Source of the DNA: Fidelibacterota bacterium
GTDB taxonomy: Bacteria; Fidelibacterota; Marinisomatia; Marinisomatales; JABMOV01
Length of the DNA: 22,902 nt
Direction of reading: 5' to 3'
NCBI GenBank assembly: GCA_046861395.1
Contig: JBHHUC010000033.1
Coordinates: forward strand, 1-22,902
Within the stretch, counting starts at the first letter, position 1, and each line of letters starts with the position of its first letter. A program made the position numbers and the translations under genes. A model generated the notes under the pieces. The model was not told the origin of the DNA. It saw nothing but the letters and a program-made list of their open reading frames with translations, and ran no database searches. This document shows, piece after piece, positions 7,954 to 18,154 of this stretch.

Positions 7954-9210
7954 CTACTCAGATTCCCGCCAAATGTCGGCCCCTAAACCTTTGAATTTTT
8001 CTTCGATTTTCTCATAACCGCGATCGATATGATAGACACGGCTCACTTCGGTGCGGTTCTGAGCAATCAATCCGGCAATGATCAGCGAAGCGCTGGCCCG
8101 AATATCGGTGGACATCACCGGCGCTCCCTCCAACCTCTCCACACCGCGAATGAAAGCTACATTATTTTCAACATTGATGCGGCAACCCAGCCGGTTCAGT
8201 TCCGGAACGTGGGAAAAGCGATCGTGATATATCGTATCGGTAATCACGGAAGAACCGTCTGCTACAGTCATCAGGGCAATCCATTGGGCCTGCAGATCCG
8301 TCGCGAAACCCGGGTAAACATCGGTGGTCATATCCATCGGCTGCAGTTTGTCCGGCGCCGTAACGGTTATGTCATAATTCTCAATACCGATGGTGGCCCC
8401 TGTACTTTCCAGTTTATCCAACACTGCCGACAAATGTTCGGGAATGACATCCTGAATGGTGACATTTCCCAGCGCGGCTCCGGCAATCAGGAAGGTCCCT
8501 GCTTCAATACGATCAGGGATAATTTTCATCCCAACCGGTCGCAAGGAATCAATGTCCACTCCCTGAACATTCAACGTGGTTGTACCCAGTCCGGAGATTT
8601 CGGCGCCCATCAGATTCAGAAATTCTCCCAATTGCACGATTTCCGGTTCCCGGGCGGCATTTTCAATGACGGTTTCGCCCCGAGCTGTTGCCGCAGCCAT
8701 TAAAACATTCCCGGTGGCCCCGACGCTGGGAATATCAAATCGGATCCTGGTTCCTGTTAAACGAGGACTCTTGGCAATAATATATCCCCCTTCCAGATCA
8801 ATCGACGCACCCAGTTTTTTCAATGCTTCTATATGAAAATTGACCGGTCGCGGTCCCCAGGCACATCCGCCTGGTAGGGATACCTTAGCAATTCCACAGC
8901 GACTGATGAGAGGTCCGAGAACATAGAATGACGCCCGCATGGTTTTGACCAAATCGTATGGTGCTTCCGGTGTCAAGTCCCCGGCGGCGTCAATTGTCAT
9001 CCGACCGTCCTGGTACGCGACCCCGGCCCCGATCATGGCCAACAGCCGTTGCATCGTACGTGTATCCCGCAGATCGGGAACTCGTTCCAGTATTGTTTTT
9101 CCCTGAGCCAGCAAGGCAGCCGTCATAATGGGTAAAACCGCATTTTTCGCCCCACTGATGGACACCGTCCCCGATAGTCTTTTCCCACCGTTAATGATAA
9201 TCTTATCCAT
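7954..9210 (-). CDS. murA: UDP-N-acetylglucosamine 1-carboxyvinyltransferase
   Basis: SGAKNAVLP, MRAS, LPGGCAWGPRP (catalytic Cys), PDRIEAGT, YPGFATDLQ, DIRA, HIDRGYE. Confidence 0.98.
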   Translation of the reverse strand: MDKIIINGGKRLSGTVSISGAKNAVLPIMTAALLAQGKTILERVPDLRDTRTMQRLLAMIGAGVAYQDGRMTIDAAGDLTPEAPYDLVKTMRASFYVLGPLISRCGIAKVSLPGGCAWGPRPVNFHIEALKKLGASIDLEGGYIIAKSPRLTGTRIRFDIPSVGATGNVLMAAATARGETVIENAAREPEIVQLGEFLNLMGAEISGLGTTTLNVQGVDIDSLRPVGMKIIPDRIEAGTFLIAGAALGNVTIQDVIPEHLSAVLDKLESTGATIGIENYDITVTAPDKLQPMDMTTDVYPGFATDLQAQWIALMTVADGSSVITDTIYHDRFSHVPELNRLGCRINVENNVAFIRGVERLEGAPVMSTDIRASASLIIAGLIAQNRTEVSRVYHIDRGYEKIEEKFKGLGADIWRESE

Positions 9211-9211
9211 A

Positions 9212-10810
9212 TTAAACCTTTACTGATTCGGCCCCAGCCAGGGTACCGATAACATTTTTTCTTTCTTCCGGATTCAGGTAGGAAGCCGTTACTACAGGGG
9301 AACCATTATCAATGCGTTTCCTGATATGAAGGTGATGATCCGCCATTTTGGCGATTTGAGGTAAGTGAGTAATACATAAAACCTGCCGATGATGTGCGAT
9401 GCGTTTTAGATTTGACGCCACCTTTCCGGCTGTCGCTCCCGAGATTCCTGCATCAATCTCATCAAAGACAAGACAAGGAACGGGATCCACCTGATTGAAT
9501 ACGGTCTTCAGGGCTAACATGATTCGTGACACTTCTCCCCCGGAAGCTACTTTTATCAGGGGCAGCGGTGGAATTCCAGGGTTGGCGCTGATGTAAAATT
9601 CAATTGAATCAACACCGAACTCCAGTGCCTGGACCGGTTCACCTGCAATTGTTATAAACGATTTTTCATCTTTCCTCAATCGATTGCGGATTTCAAAGCG
9701 GGCCCCGCTCATATTCATGACTTCCATCTCGGAAACCAGTTTCTGTTCCAGCCGGGGAATCATATCCGCGCGCTTTTGATGAAGTTCATGTGCAATCACC
9801 TGATAACGATCCTGCAGGTTATCGATTTCTTCCCCATGTTTACGAATGGATGCCGAGATCTCAGTCAAGGTCGTCGATTCCTTCTGGAATTCTTCCAAGG
9901 CGATGAGGACGCTGGCCAGGGTACCGCCGAATTTTCGTTTCAACGATTCCAACTGTCCTATACGTTCCTCGATTTCAACCAACCGGTCCTCGTCATACTG
10001 GATGTTATCGGCATGAAGAACCAATCCGGTGGCAATTTCCTGTACTGTAATCAGCAGTGCTTCAATTTCCTGAAAATAATCGTGAATGGAAGGATCGAGG
10101 GAAGTCAGCTTCTGCACTTTTCTTAAAACATCACTCATCTGGTTAGTGACGGAATATTCATCCTCAACCAGCATCATTTTCAGAGCATTGACGGTAGCCA
10201 GAATTTCATCGAAATGGCGGTATGACCGGGCTTCATTTTCCAGCGTCTCATCCTCTCCCAGTTGCGGATTTACGGCCTGAATTTCCTGGAGTCGGAACCG
10301 GTTCAATTCCGCCTGTTGTTCCAGGTCGGCTTTTTTCCGGCGCAAAGATTGTAATGTATTCCGTTTGGCGTGCAGTGATGCGAATATATCGCTGATTTCA
10401 TTTGCCTTTTCGGTTAAACCTGCGAAACGGTCCAAATACTGGATATGGGAATGGACATCAAGGATATATTGCTGATCGTGCTGGCCGTGGAAATCCACAA
10501 GGCCCCGGACTTTTTCCTTAAAATCGCTTTCCTTGATAGGGACATTATCCGTATAGGACTTTAGCCGGCCGGAAATATACTGAACACGGGTAATCGCGAA
10601 ACGGGTAGTTTGGATCATAACTCTGGCGGTGCGGGCACCGTTTTTTACATACGTCCCATCTCCCTTCCCGCCGGTTCCGATATTCAGGGCTTCCATGATG
10701 AGTGATTTCCCCGAACCTGTTTCGCCGGTGATAACCGTGAGACCGGGAAAAAATTCTAGGCTCAGCTCATCAATGATGGCAAAGTTTTCCAGGGTGAGTT
10801 TTTGAATCAT
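9212..10810 (-). CDS. recN: DNA repair protein RecN
   Basis: TGETGSGKS Walker A, HGQHD, coiled coil, ASGGEVSR signature, FDEIDAGISG, QVLCITHLPQIA. Confidence 0.96.
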   Translation of the reverse strand: MIQKLTLENFAIIDELSLEFFPGLTVITGETGSGKSLIMEALNIGTGGKGDGTYVKNGARTARVMIQTTRFAITRVQYISGRLKSYTDNVPIKESDFKEKVRGLVDFHGQHDQQYILDVHSHIQYLDRFAGLTEKANEISDIFASLHAKRNTLQSLRRKKADLEQQAELNRFRLQEIQAVNPQLGEDETLENEARSYRHFDEILATVNALKMMLVEDEYSVTNQMSDVLRKVQKLTSLDPSIHDYFQEIEALLITVQEIATGLVLHADNIQYDEDRLVEIEERIGQLESLKRKFGGTLASVLIALEEFQKESTTLTEISASIRKHGEEIDNLQDRYQVIAHELHQKRADMIPRLEQKLVSEMEVMNMSGARFEIRNRLRKDEKSFITIAGEPVQALEFGVDSIEFYISANPGIPPLPLIKVASGGEVSRIMLALKTVFNQVDPVPCLVFDEIDAGISGATAGKVASNLKRIAHHRQVLCITHLPQIAKMADHHLHIRKRIDNGSPVVTASYLNPEERKNVIGTLAGAESVKV

Positions 10811-11148
10811 TTATGCACCTTGAAGGCAATGATCAACCCGGTGATACTGCCAGAAACATCCGCTATCCAATCATAGACACTTGAGAAACGTCCGGGAATC
10901 ATGAGTTGCCATGATTCATCTACTGCTCCGAAAATTGCACAGAAAATAAATCCCAGCAAAATACTCCTTTTTACTGAAAATAAATAGCGGCCAACAAGGA
11001 CGCCCAGAATGCCATATTCAATGAAATGAATCCCTTTATCAAAGGTAAGAATGGCCAAGGGCGGCATGGACTGACCGGGGATACTGGACAAGGTCAGAAT
11101 CAACGCCAGATAGGCCAGGGTCAATTGCTTAATGTTCTTGTTGTTCAT
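10807..11148 (-). CDS. VanZ family membrane protein
   Basis: LSSIPG, DKGIHFIEYG.L, DESWQ..IPGR..S..DW.AD. Confidence 0.9.
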   Translation of the reverse strand: MNNKNIKQLTLAYLALILTLSSIPGQSMPPLAILTFDKGIHFIEYGILGVLVGRYLFSVKRSILLGFIFCAIFGAVDESWQLMIPGRFSSVYDWIADVSGSITGLIIAFKVHK

Positions 11149-12664
11149 ATTCGGTTAAAACCGTCGGTATCGTGGCGACAATATCACTGGCAATGAGTCC
11201 CCGGATTCCTTTTTCCTTTTTCAGTCGATCGGCGCAGGCTCCGTGAACATAAGCCGCCGTCCGGGCAGCGTCGAAGGCTGATAGGCCCTGTCCTCGCAGG
11301 GCAACCATGATACCAGCCAATACATCTCCGGTCCCGCCGCTGGCCAGCCCCTGATATCCGGTGGTATTCAGGACGACCCTTTCTCCCTGGGCCGTGAGCG
11401 ATGGAGCATTCTTGAGATGCAACACACCTTTGAAAGAAGTTAAAAACTGTTCCAGATAGTGATTTAGTTCCGGTCTGAATTCGGCTACTGGTACCTGAAT
11501 TATCCCGGACCATTCACCGTAATGTGGTGTAATGATTGTATCAGGCTTCAGGTCGGCAAACGTTATATGATTTTGTAATACAGCTAATCCATCCGCGTCC
11601 AGAATAAGTGGTTTATTTATAATCTGCACAATATCCGCCACCAAATCCAGCGTGGATGGATCGCGGCCCAATCCCGGCCCGACTAAAACGACATCACACC
11701 AGTCAATACTATCCAGTATTTTTGCTTTGTTATCCAAAGATAAAATTCCCCGGTCCTGATCATCACAGGGGATGGTAATGCCTTCAATAACATTCGTTTC
11801 AATTATGGTATTCAGGGATGCCGGAATGCAGATTTTAACCAATCCGCCGCCGGAACGAATTGCAGCCTGAGCCGCCAGAATTGCGGCACCTGTCATTCCT
11901 CGCGAACCGGTAATGATCAGGATTCTTCCCATCTTGTATTTATGTACGGTTCGCTCCGGTATGGGCAATAAGGGATCAATGTCCCGGGCTTCAATTTCTG
12001 TGTAGTATAATCCATCAAGACGATCGCCGGCATCGGGGAATCCGATATCGGCAGTTACGATTCGGCCACAATACCCGGCGCCCGGATACAGGCGCAAACC
12101 CAACTTCGGGTAGCCCATGGTAACCGTTACTGCAGCCGATACCGTTTCACTGGCAACCAGCCCTGAATCGGTGTGTAGTCCCGTGGGAACATCGGCCGCC
12201 ACCACAGGACAGGGTGATTCATTCATCCAGCGGACCCAATCGGTGGTAGGCTCCCGCAATTCACCCCGAACCCCGGTGCCCAACATGGCATCCAGGATGA
12301 CGGACCAGGGTTCCAAGAACGGTGGACTTTCTTCATAATGAATCGAAATACCTGCAACTAAGCATTTTTGATGAAACACTTCCGCATCGCCTTTTATTTG
12401 GCCATATGCAGGTATTGCATAAACCATTACTGGAATAGTCCATTCCTGTAAAAATGTAGCCGCTGCAAAGCCGTCACCGCCATTATTTCCTTTACCACAA
12501 ACGATGCAGACTGGATCCTGAGAACAAGTTTGTGTCAGGAGTTTCTTTATTTCTTCGGCCACGGCTAGGCCGGCGCGGTACATGAGATCGACACCAGGAA
12601 TTTTTTCTTCTTCCATGGCCAGCCGATCCAGCTGCCGGGCCTGATTTTGCGTTAATAATCGCAT
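11129..12664 (-). CDS. nnr: Bifunctional NAD(P)H-hydrate epimerase/dehydratase (YjeF, NnrE-NnrD)
   Basis: GKGNNGGDG, DVPTG, HK...G.ILIITGS..MTGAA, GPGLG, DADGL, TPH.GE, GGTGDVLAG. Confidence 0.96.
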   Translation of the reverse strand: MRLLTQNQARQLDRLAMEEEKIPGVDLMYRAGLAVAEEIKKLLTQTCSQDPVCIVCGKGNNGGDGFAAATFLQEWTIPVMVYAIPAYGQIKGDAEVFHQKCLVAGISIHYEESPPFLEPWSVILDAMLGTGVRGELREPTTDWVRWMNESPCPVVAADVPTGLHTDSGLVASETVSAAVTVTMGYPKLGLRLYPGAGYCGRIVTADIGFPDAGDRLDGLYYTEIEARDIDPLLPIPERTVHKYKMGRILIITGSRGMTGAAILAAQAAIRSGGGLVKICIPASLNTIIETNVIEGITIPCDDQDRGILSLDNKAKILDSIDWCDVVLVGPGLGRDPSTLDLVADIVQIINKPLILDADGLAVLQNHITFADLKPDTIITPHYGEWSGIIQVPVAEFRPELNHYLEQFLTSFKGVLHLKNAPSLTAQGERVVLNTTGYQGLASGGTGDVLAGIMVALRGQGLSAFDAARTAAYVHGACADRLKKEKGIRGLIASDIVATIPTVLTEYEQQEH

Positions 12665-13035
12665 GAATCCGGGAAGAAAATAGCACCGGCAATGGCATAT
12701 TCGCCATCATGAGAAATTGATATTCGGCAGGTTCCGGTCGGAACCTCCTCAAGATGTATTATCACCTGCGGACCACGCCGGTTATGAGGAAGGACTTCCA
12801 GCGATTGAAAAGAAATAGGATCGGGAAAGCCCGATTGCATGAGACATTTCTTGATGGCTTCCTTGGCGGCAAATCGACCGGCATAATGCACGGCAGGATC
12901 CGGCTTGGACTGGCAATAGGTTTGCTCCGCCGGAGTGTAAATCCGATGAAGAAAACGTGGTGAATGCGGTGCTTGGAGGATGGTTCTGATGCGGGGAATG
13001 TGGACAATGTCCGTCCCGATGTAACACTCAGGCAC
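12652..13035 (-). CDS. acpS: Holo-ACP synthase
   Basis: IGTDIVHIPRI, AGRFAAKEA.KK, ISISHDGEYA.A. Confidence 0.95.
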   Translation of the reverse strand: MPECYIGTDIVHIPRIRTILQAPHSPRFLHRIYTPAEQTYCQSKPDPAVHYAGRFAAKEAIKKCLMQSGFPDPISFQSLEVLPHNRRGPQVIIHLEEVPTGTCRISISHDGEYAIAGAIFFPDSCDY

Positions 13036-13711
13036 TGTTCAGCTCGGTGACAATCCGGACGACTTCATAGATATCGTCGATGTCCCAATCTGCTCCGGAC
13101 TCCCTGGTTCCGAAGGTATCACCGTACCGCGCGAAAATAGTTCGAATTCCCAACTGTTTGGCACCAACCACATCCCGCTCCGGCCAGTCACCGATCATCA
13201 AGGCCTCCGAAGCCGAAATGTTCAATTTGTCCAGGGCCATCTGGAAGGGTATCGGTGACGGTTTCCGAACACCGGTGTCATCGAAGGTCAATACGACATC
13301 GAACATATGATGCAGGTTCAAGAGGTAAATCCTCATCCAGGCTTCCTGGCTGGGTGCGTCGGAAACAACAGCGATACGGATTCCTGACTTCAATAATTCC
13401 ACTAGAGTTCGCTGGACGTTGGGGTACACCAAAAGATTGGCTTCCCGTGCCCGGCGATAGGTGACAATGCCGGCCGCCAGAATCTTATGATCGACGTGTC
13501 CCAGTTCCTGATTCAGGAAATCATTGAAGATTCGCTGATTCTCCCAGCCACTTTCTTCATACATGCGAAATATGGCTTTATAGGCATAATCCTGTTTTAC
13601 ATTCAAACCCGCTTCAATCATGGCGGAAATTGCGGCGGAAACAGCCGTCTGCTTCATTTTCACAAAATCAAGCAGGGTGTTATCCATGTCAAAAATGACA
13701 GATTTAATCAT
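13028..13711 (-). CDS. HAD-superfamily hydrolase, subfamily IA
   Basis: FDMDNTL (motif I), VVSD, KPSP, IGDWPERDVVGA (motif IV). Confidence 0.92.
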   Translation of the reverse strand: MIKSVIFDMDNTLLDFVKMKQTAVSAAISAMIEAGLNVKQDYAYKAIFRMYEESGWENQRIFNDFLNQELGHVDHKILAAGIVTYRRAREANLLVYPNVQRTLVELLKSGIRIAVVSDAPSQEAWMRIYLLNLHHMFDVVLTFDDTGVRKPSPIPFQMALDKLNISASEALMIGDWPERDVVGAKQLGIRTIFARYGDTFGTRESGADWDIDDIYEVVRIVTELNSA

Positions 13712-13737
13712 AGAACCCTCAACGGGTGAAAGGAGAA

Positions 13738-15048
13738 TTAATTATCCTGGTATTTTTGCGGATTCTTAATTTTATCCATTAAATATTCGGCATTCCGGCG
13801 CCAGCTGCGATCTTTCCGCGCTTTTTCAAGATGATTCAAGGCCGCCGTTTTATTGCCCTGCCCGTCACACCATTCGGCACGCGCCATTTCATACCAGGCA
13901 CCACCAAAGTTGCGTTTTAAATCCGTGGCTTCCATAGCCGCATTTTTCGCCTTCTCACATTCACCAACTTCGTTATAAGACTGCGCCAACAGGAACCAAG
14001 CCTGGTGTTTCTTGGGATTAAGACTAGTAGTCATTTCAAGACTCTGAACGGCATTTTCATATTGTCCCAATTCGATATAAACCATTCCCAGCTTGAGATA
14101 ACCCTTGTCATAGGTCGGATCGACCTGAGTAGCCGTCTGCAGTACACTGGCCGCTTCATCATATTTTTTCTGATCGTAATAAATTTCTCCCATCGTCCCG
14201 TAAGCCTTGGCATAACCGGGGTGAATATCTACGACCCGCTGCAATGATTTCATCGCTTCATCCGTTTTCCCTTGTCGTTTCTGAACCAGGGCAACGGCAA
14301 ACCACCCCTTGTAAAATTCGGGATTCTGTTCCAGGGCGGCTCGATAGTTACGAATTGCTTCGTCATAATTACCCTGTTTTGCCGCAATGACACCGATCTG
14401 ATAGTAGGCCTGATAAAAACCGGGGTCGATGCTCACGACTTTCATATACTTTTCAACGGCACAGTCCAGGTCACGAAGCTTATAACATTTATTTCCGTCA
14501 TTAAAGGACATCTTAGCGACATTGGTAATGGCAGCACGGGCGTTTTCATGCTGACCGTTTAATTCCAAGGCCTTGCGGAAATGTTTGACAGCCTCATCAT
14601 AATCATTCTGTCGCATCATTGCCAGCCCCATGCTGTAGGCGGCTTCTGCAAAAAAGGGAAATTTTTCCAGGACCAGTTCATAGGAAATGTAGGCATCTTC
14701 GAACTGACCGCTACGCATATTGCGGTTACCGTCATTCATCATGGTATTGATTTTATTGATGCGGTCGAACTCTTCCCTGTATTCTTCATTTTTCGGCTCG
14801 GCTTCAATCGCTTCATCGATATATTCCTTTGTTTTTACCATATCGCCGATCCGAAGGTAACAATGGGATAACTGAAACATGGCTGGTGCGAAGGTAGGAT
14901 CGAGTTTCAGAACCTCTTCGTATTGTGTAATAGCATTGGTATAGTCACCAGCATCGAAAAACTGGTTTCCCTTGTCCAGGAGTTCTTCCGGGCTCTGACC
15001 CAATACCAGACTGGCGGTCAAAAGACATAATATCATGTTTAGCTTCAT
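13738..15048 (-). CDS. Secreted tetratricopeptide-repeat protein
   Basis: Signal peptide MKLNMILCLLTASLVLG followed by roughly 11 repeats of about 34 aa with the A/G..Y...G.Y..A...Y..A..L.P pattern. Confidence 0.92.
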   Translation of the reverse strand: MKLNMILCLLTASLVLGQSPEELLDKGNQFFDAGDYTNAITQYEEVLKLDPTFAPAMFQLSHCYLRIGDMVKTKEYIDEAIEAEPKNEEYREEFDRINKINTMMNDGNRNMRSGQFEDAYISYELVLEKFPFFAEAAYSMGLAMMRQNDYDEAVKHFRKALELNGQHENARAAITNVAKMSFNDGNKCYKLRDLDCAVEKYMKVVSIDPGFYQAYYQIGVIAAKQGNYDEAIRNYRAALEQNPEFYKGWFAVALVQKRQGKTDEAMKSLQRVVDIHPGYAKAYGTMGEIYYDQKKYDEAASVLQTATQVDPTYDKGYLKLGMVYIELGQYENAVQSLEMTTSLNPKKHQAWFLLAQSYNEVGECEKAKNAAMEATDLKRNFGGAWYEMARAEWCDGQGNKTAALNHLEKARKDRSWRRNAEYLMDKIKNPQKYQDN

Positions 15049-15067
15049 AAAGTTGTCCTATTTATTG

Positions 15068-15151
15068 TGCCGAAGGCGGGACTCGAACCCGCACGAGGTT
15101 TCCCCCACTGCCCCCTCAAGACAGCGTGTCTACCAGTTCCACCACTTCGGC
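15068..15151 (-). tRNA. tRNA-Leu (GAG), CCA not encoded
   Basis: GCCGAAG acceptor stem, CTGTC-TTGAGGG-GGCAG anticodon arm, long variable arm, GGTTCGAGTCC T-arm; classic secG-tRNA-Leu(GAG) linkage. Confidence 0.96.
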
Positions 15152-15157
15152 AGAGAA

Positions 15158-15496
15158 TTAATTGTCAAGCTTCAGTGGTTCCTGGACAGCGGGCGTGGAA
15201 AGATCCAGGGCCGGAGCAACCTGCGTTTCCGCCTGTTGCTTGAGGATGGATTCAGGTTCCTCAGTGGACGGCGATGTAATAAAACTGATCAGAATAGCCA
15301 GTGCAATGAAACCCACGGCTAACCAGCTGGTCAGTTTACTCAATACGGTGGCAGCCGAACGTCCTCCCAGGATGGAGCTGGTTGCGGCGGAACCAAAAGT
15401 TCCAGACAACCCACCGCCCTGGCTGGACTGCATCAGAATGACCAGCACCAGAAAAATGCTCAATAGTGTGTGAATGGTAATTAAAAATCCTTGCAC
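15158..15496 (-). CDS. secG: Preprotein translocase subunit SecG
   Basis: Two TM segments, LVILMQSSQGGGLSGTFG, LSKLT; between tpiA and tRNA-Leu. Confidence 0.95.
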   Translation of the reverse strand: MQGFLITIHTLLSIFLVLVILMQSSQGGGLSGTFGSAATSSILGGRSAATVLSKLTSWLAVGFIALAILISFITSPSTEEPESILKQQAETQVAPALDLSTPAVQEPLKLDN

Positions 15497-15505
15497 AAAT
15501 TCCTC

Positions 15506-16270
15506 TCAAATCCGTTGATGAACTTCATCAATTATGGTTGTAAATGAATCGATTTCAAGCGCAGCTCCGCCGATTAGAAATCCGTCTACGCCTTCGGTCT
15601 CAATCAGTTCCCCGGCATTGGCCGGTTTGACCGAGCCACCATAGAGAATTGGAATACGACGGGCAGCCTCCTCAGAATACAGTTGGGCCAGTACGGACCG
15701 AATAACGGCATGTGCTTCGGCGGCCTGTTCCTTGGTAGCTGTGACGCCGGTACCAATGGCCCAGACCGGTTCATAAGCAATGACTATGTCGTCCAGCCCG
15801 GGAATCCCGTCCAATCCGGCCTGAAGCTGTTCCGTCAGAACGGTTTCGGTTTGTCCTGAATTCCGTTCCTCCAGTGTTTCTCCAATGCAAAAAATGGGAA
15901 TTAATCCCCCATCCAACACTGCTCCGATTTTCCGGTTGATCCACGCATTCGTCTCACCGAAAATGTGACGTCGTTCCGAATGTCCCAGGATCACATGTGA
16001 CACGTCGCAATCCTGCAACATGGCGACGGATATTTCACCGGTAAAGGCACCCTTTGTCTCCCAGTGGCAATTCTGCGCACCCAGATAAAAATGGCGCCCT
16101 GATTGAAACAATTCCTTCATGTTAAAAAGCGCTGAAAAAGGCGGGCAGAATATAATGTCCACCCTATTCTTATCCAACACCATTTTCATGACTTTATCGA
16201 CGAAAGCGAACCCTTCGGAGGGTGTCTTATTCATCTTCCAGTTACCTGCAATAATTGGTCGTTTTATCAT
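15506..16270 (-). CDS. tpiA: Triosephosphate isomerase
   Basis: AGNWKMN, GAFTGE, GHSERR, AYEPVWAIGTG, LYGGSV. Confidence 0.98.
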   Translation of the reverse strand: MIKRPIIAGNWKMNKTPSEGFAFVDKVMKMVLDKNRVDIIFCPPFSALFNMKELFQSGRHFYLGAQNCHWETKGAFTGEISVAMLQDCDVSHVILGHSERRHIFGETNAWINRKIGAVLDGGLIPIFCIGETLEERNSGQTETVLTEQLQAGLDGIPGLDDIVIAYEPVWAIGTGVTATKEQAAEAHAVIRSVLAQLYSEEAARRIPILYGGSVKPANAGELIETEGVDGFLIGGAALEIDSFTTIIDEVHQRI

Positions 16271-17463
16271 GTTTTCTCCAATGCGGCAATTGCCGGCAAT
16301 GATTTACCACTTAATAATTCCAATGATGCGCCGCCGCCGGTGCTGACATGGGACATTTCTTCGGACAATCCAAATTTTCTCACGGCCGACGCCGTATCAC
16401 CACCACCCACCACGGCAATGCCACTGGCCAGGCGCAACCGGGCCAGCGACTGGGCGATGGCCTGGGATCCCCTGTCAAAGCCCGACATTTCAAAGATTCC
16501 CATGGGTCCGTTCCAGATCACGGTGCCGGCGCCTTCGATTACCTGAGAAAAGGCAGCCACCGTTTTTGGACCGATATCCAATCCCATGGCATCGGCCGGG
16601 ATTTTATTGATCGGCACATACCGAGGATGATCGACCGGTTCAATAGCCGTATGAACGGCCACATCCAACGGCAGGTGCAGCACCACTTTCTGGGTCCGTG
16701 CCAGGCGCAGGATTCGCTTGGCTTCCTCCAGCATTGATGTATCTACCAGTGAACCACCGACCGGCACCCCTTTGGCCTTGAGAAACGTAAACGCCATCCC
16801 ACCCCCAATGAGAATCTGGTCCGCATCTTCCAGGAAGCGTTGAATTAAATCCAGCTTGCCCCGGATTTTCGCTCCTCCCAAAGCCAGGATCAGAGGTCGG
16901 CGAGGATTCTTAACGACCTGTCGTAAATATTCCAATTCCTTTTCCACCAGGAAACCTATCCCCTTCTGGGAAAAATGGCGTGTAACACCCACATTCGAAG
17001 CATGGGCCCGGTGGGCCGTTCCAAAGGCATCATTGATATAAATCTGGCCATGCTTGGCCAGGGCACCGCTGAAGGCCGGATCATTATTCGTTTCGCCGGG
17101 ATGAAAACGCAGGTTTTCCAGTAGATGAATTTCACCGGGACGCAATCCCAGTGACACGTCAGCCGAATCTTCGGAAATACAACTATCGGAAAATTTGATC
17201 GGCATTTCCAGCAATTCCGCCAGTTTTTCTCCCACGGGAACCAAACTGAATTTCGGATTCACTTCACCTCCGGGACGCCCCAGGTGACTCATTAGGACAA
17301 CCGAAGCACCGGAATTCAGACAATATTTGATGGTTGGTATGGCCGATCGTATACGGAAGTCATCCATGACAATTTCGTCTTCAATCGGAACATTGAAATC
17401 GACCCGGATTAAAATCTGTTTATGTTTCAGATCGAAAGATTTAACGCTACGTATCATTCCCAT
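16267..17463 (-). CDS. pgk: Phosphoglycerate kinase
   Basis: RVDFNVP, SHLGRP, LLENLRF, NDAFGTAHRAHAS, WNGPMGIFE, GGGDT, STGGGASLE; start may be 17457. Confidence 0.98.
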   Translation of the reverse strand: MGMIRSVKSFDLKHKQILIRVDFNVPIEDEIVMDDFRIRSAIPTIKYCLNSGASVVLMSHLGRPGGEVNPKFSLVPVGEKLAELLEMPIKFSDSCISEDSADVSLGLRPGEIHLLENLRFHPGETNNDPAFSGALAKHGQIYINDAFGTAHRAHASNVGVTRHFSQKGIGFLVEKELEYLRQVVKNPRRPLILALGGAKIRGKLDLIQRFLEDADQILIGGGMAFTFLKAKGVPVGGSLVDTSMLEEAKRILRLARTQKVVLHLPLDVAVHTAIEPVDHPRYVPINKIPADAMGLDIGPKTVAAFSQVIEGAGTVIWNGPMGIFEMSGFDRGSQAIAQSLARLRLASGIAVVGGGDTASAVRKFGLSEEMSHVSTGGGASLELLSGKSLPAIAALEKT

Positions 17464-18154
17464 TTCCCTTTTTTGTGTCCTGTGGTGTAGCCAGTGTAAT
17501 TCCTAAAGTTTCTTTCGCCCCCGCCGCTTTACAGGCCTGAGCCACCCCCGAAAGTGTGGACCCTGTTGTCAACACATCGTCAACAATGGCTACCGTCAAG
17601 CCCGTCATATCCTGAGTAACCATAAAGGCGCCGGATACATTTTCCTTCCGCTGAAAGACGGTCAAGGCCGTCTGCGATTCAGTATATCGAATCCGTTTCA
17701 CCCAGTGGGAAACAACCGGGAGCGATAATTCCCGACTCATGCCGCGGGCAATCCATTCAGCTTGATTATAGCCGCGATCCCTGGCTTTTACCGCATGAAG
17801 CGGAACCGGAATCAACACATCCGGATCAGCCTGCATAAACTCCGGGCGAAGTTCCCGGGCTAAAAAGCGCCCTAAATGGAATGCGAATTTAGGGGTATCC
17901 TGATATTTGAACGAATGAATTACAGCCTGTAATTTTTCATCAAAGTACCATCCGGACCAAGCGGCATCCAAAGCGGCATGATTGGTAACCCTGTCCACCC
18001 AGTTCCCCAGACCGGTGGCGGGGACACTATCCCAGCAGGTGCGGCATAATCCAATGGGCGTTATGGCTGTGAAACCATTGCAATACATACAGGTGCGGGG
18101 ATAGATCAGATTAAGAATGATCGAAAATATATCAGTGATAATTGACGGGGCCAT
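17447..18154 (-). CDS. comF: ComF family protein (zinc ribbon plus phosphoribosyltransferase domain)
   Basis: CxxC...CxxC, PVPLH, RGYNQA, IVDDVLTTGSTL. Confidence 0.92.
   Translation of the reverse strand: MAPSIITDIFSIILNLIYPRTCMYCNGFTAITPIGLCRTCWDSVPATGLGNWVDRVTNHAALDAAWSGWYFDEKLQAVIHSFKYQDTPKFAFHLGRFLARELRPEFMQADPDVLIPVPLHAVKARDRGYNQAEWIARGMSRELSLPVVSHWVKRIRYTESQTALTVFQRKENVSGAFMVTQDMTGLTVAIVDDVLTTGSTLSGVAQACKAAGAKETLGITLATPQDTKKGNGNDT

Noticed and set aside
8029..8703. 224-aa plus-strand ORF and other short antisense or alternate-frame ORFs in the track
   Set aside because: They lie within well-supported genes such as murA and show no recognisable motifs
10807..11148. VanZ as a glycopeptide-resistance determinant
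   Set aside because: Family is widespread; context is housekeeping and no other van genes are present
15035..15322. Plus-strand ORFs crossing tRNA genes (15035..15322 and 356..565)
   Set aside because: Antisense translations of tRNA sequence (RRRDSNP / RRGSNSR patterns)
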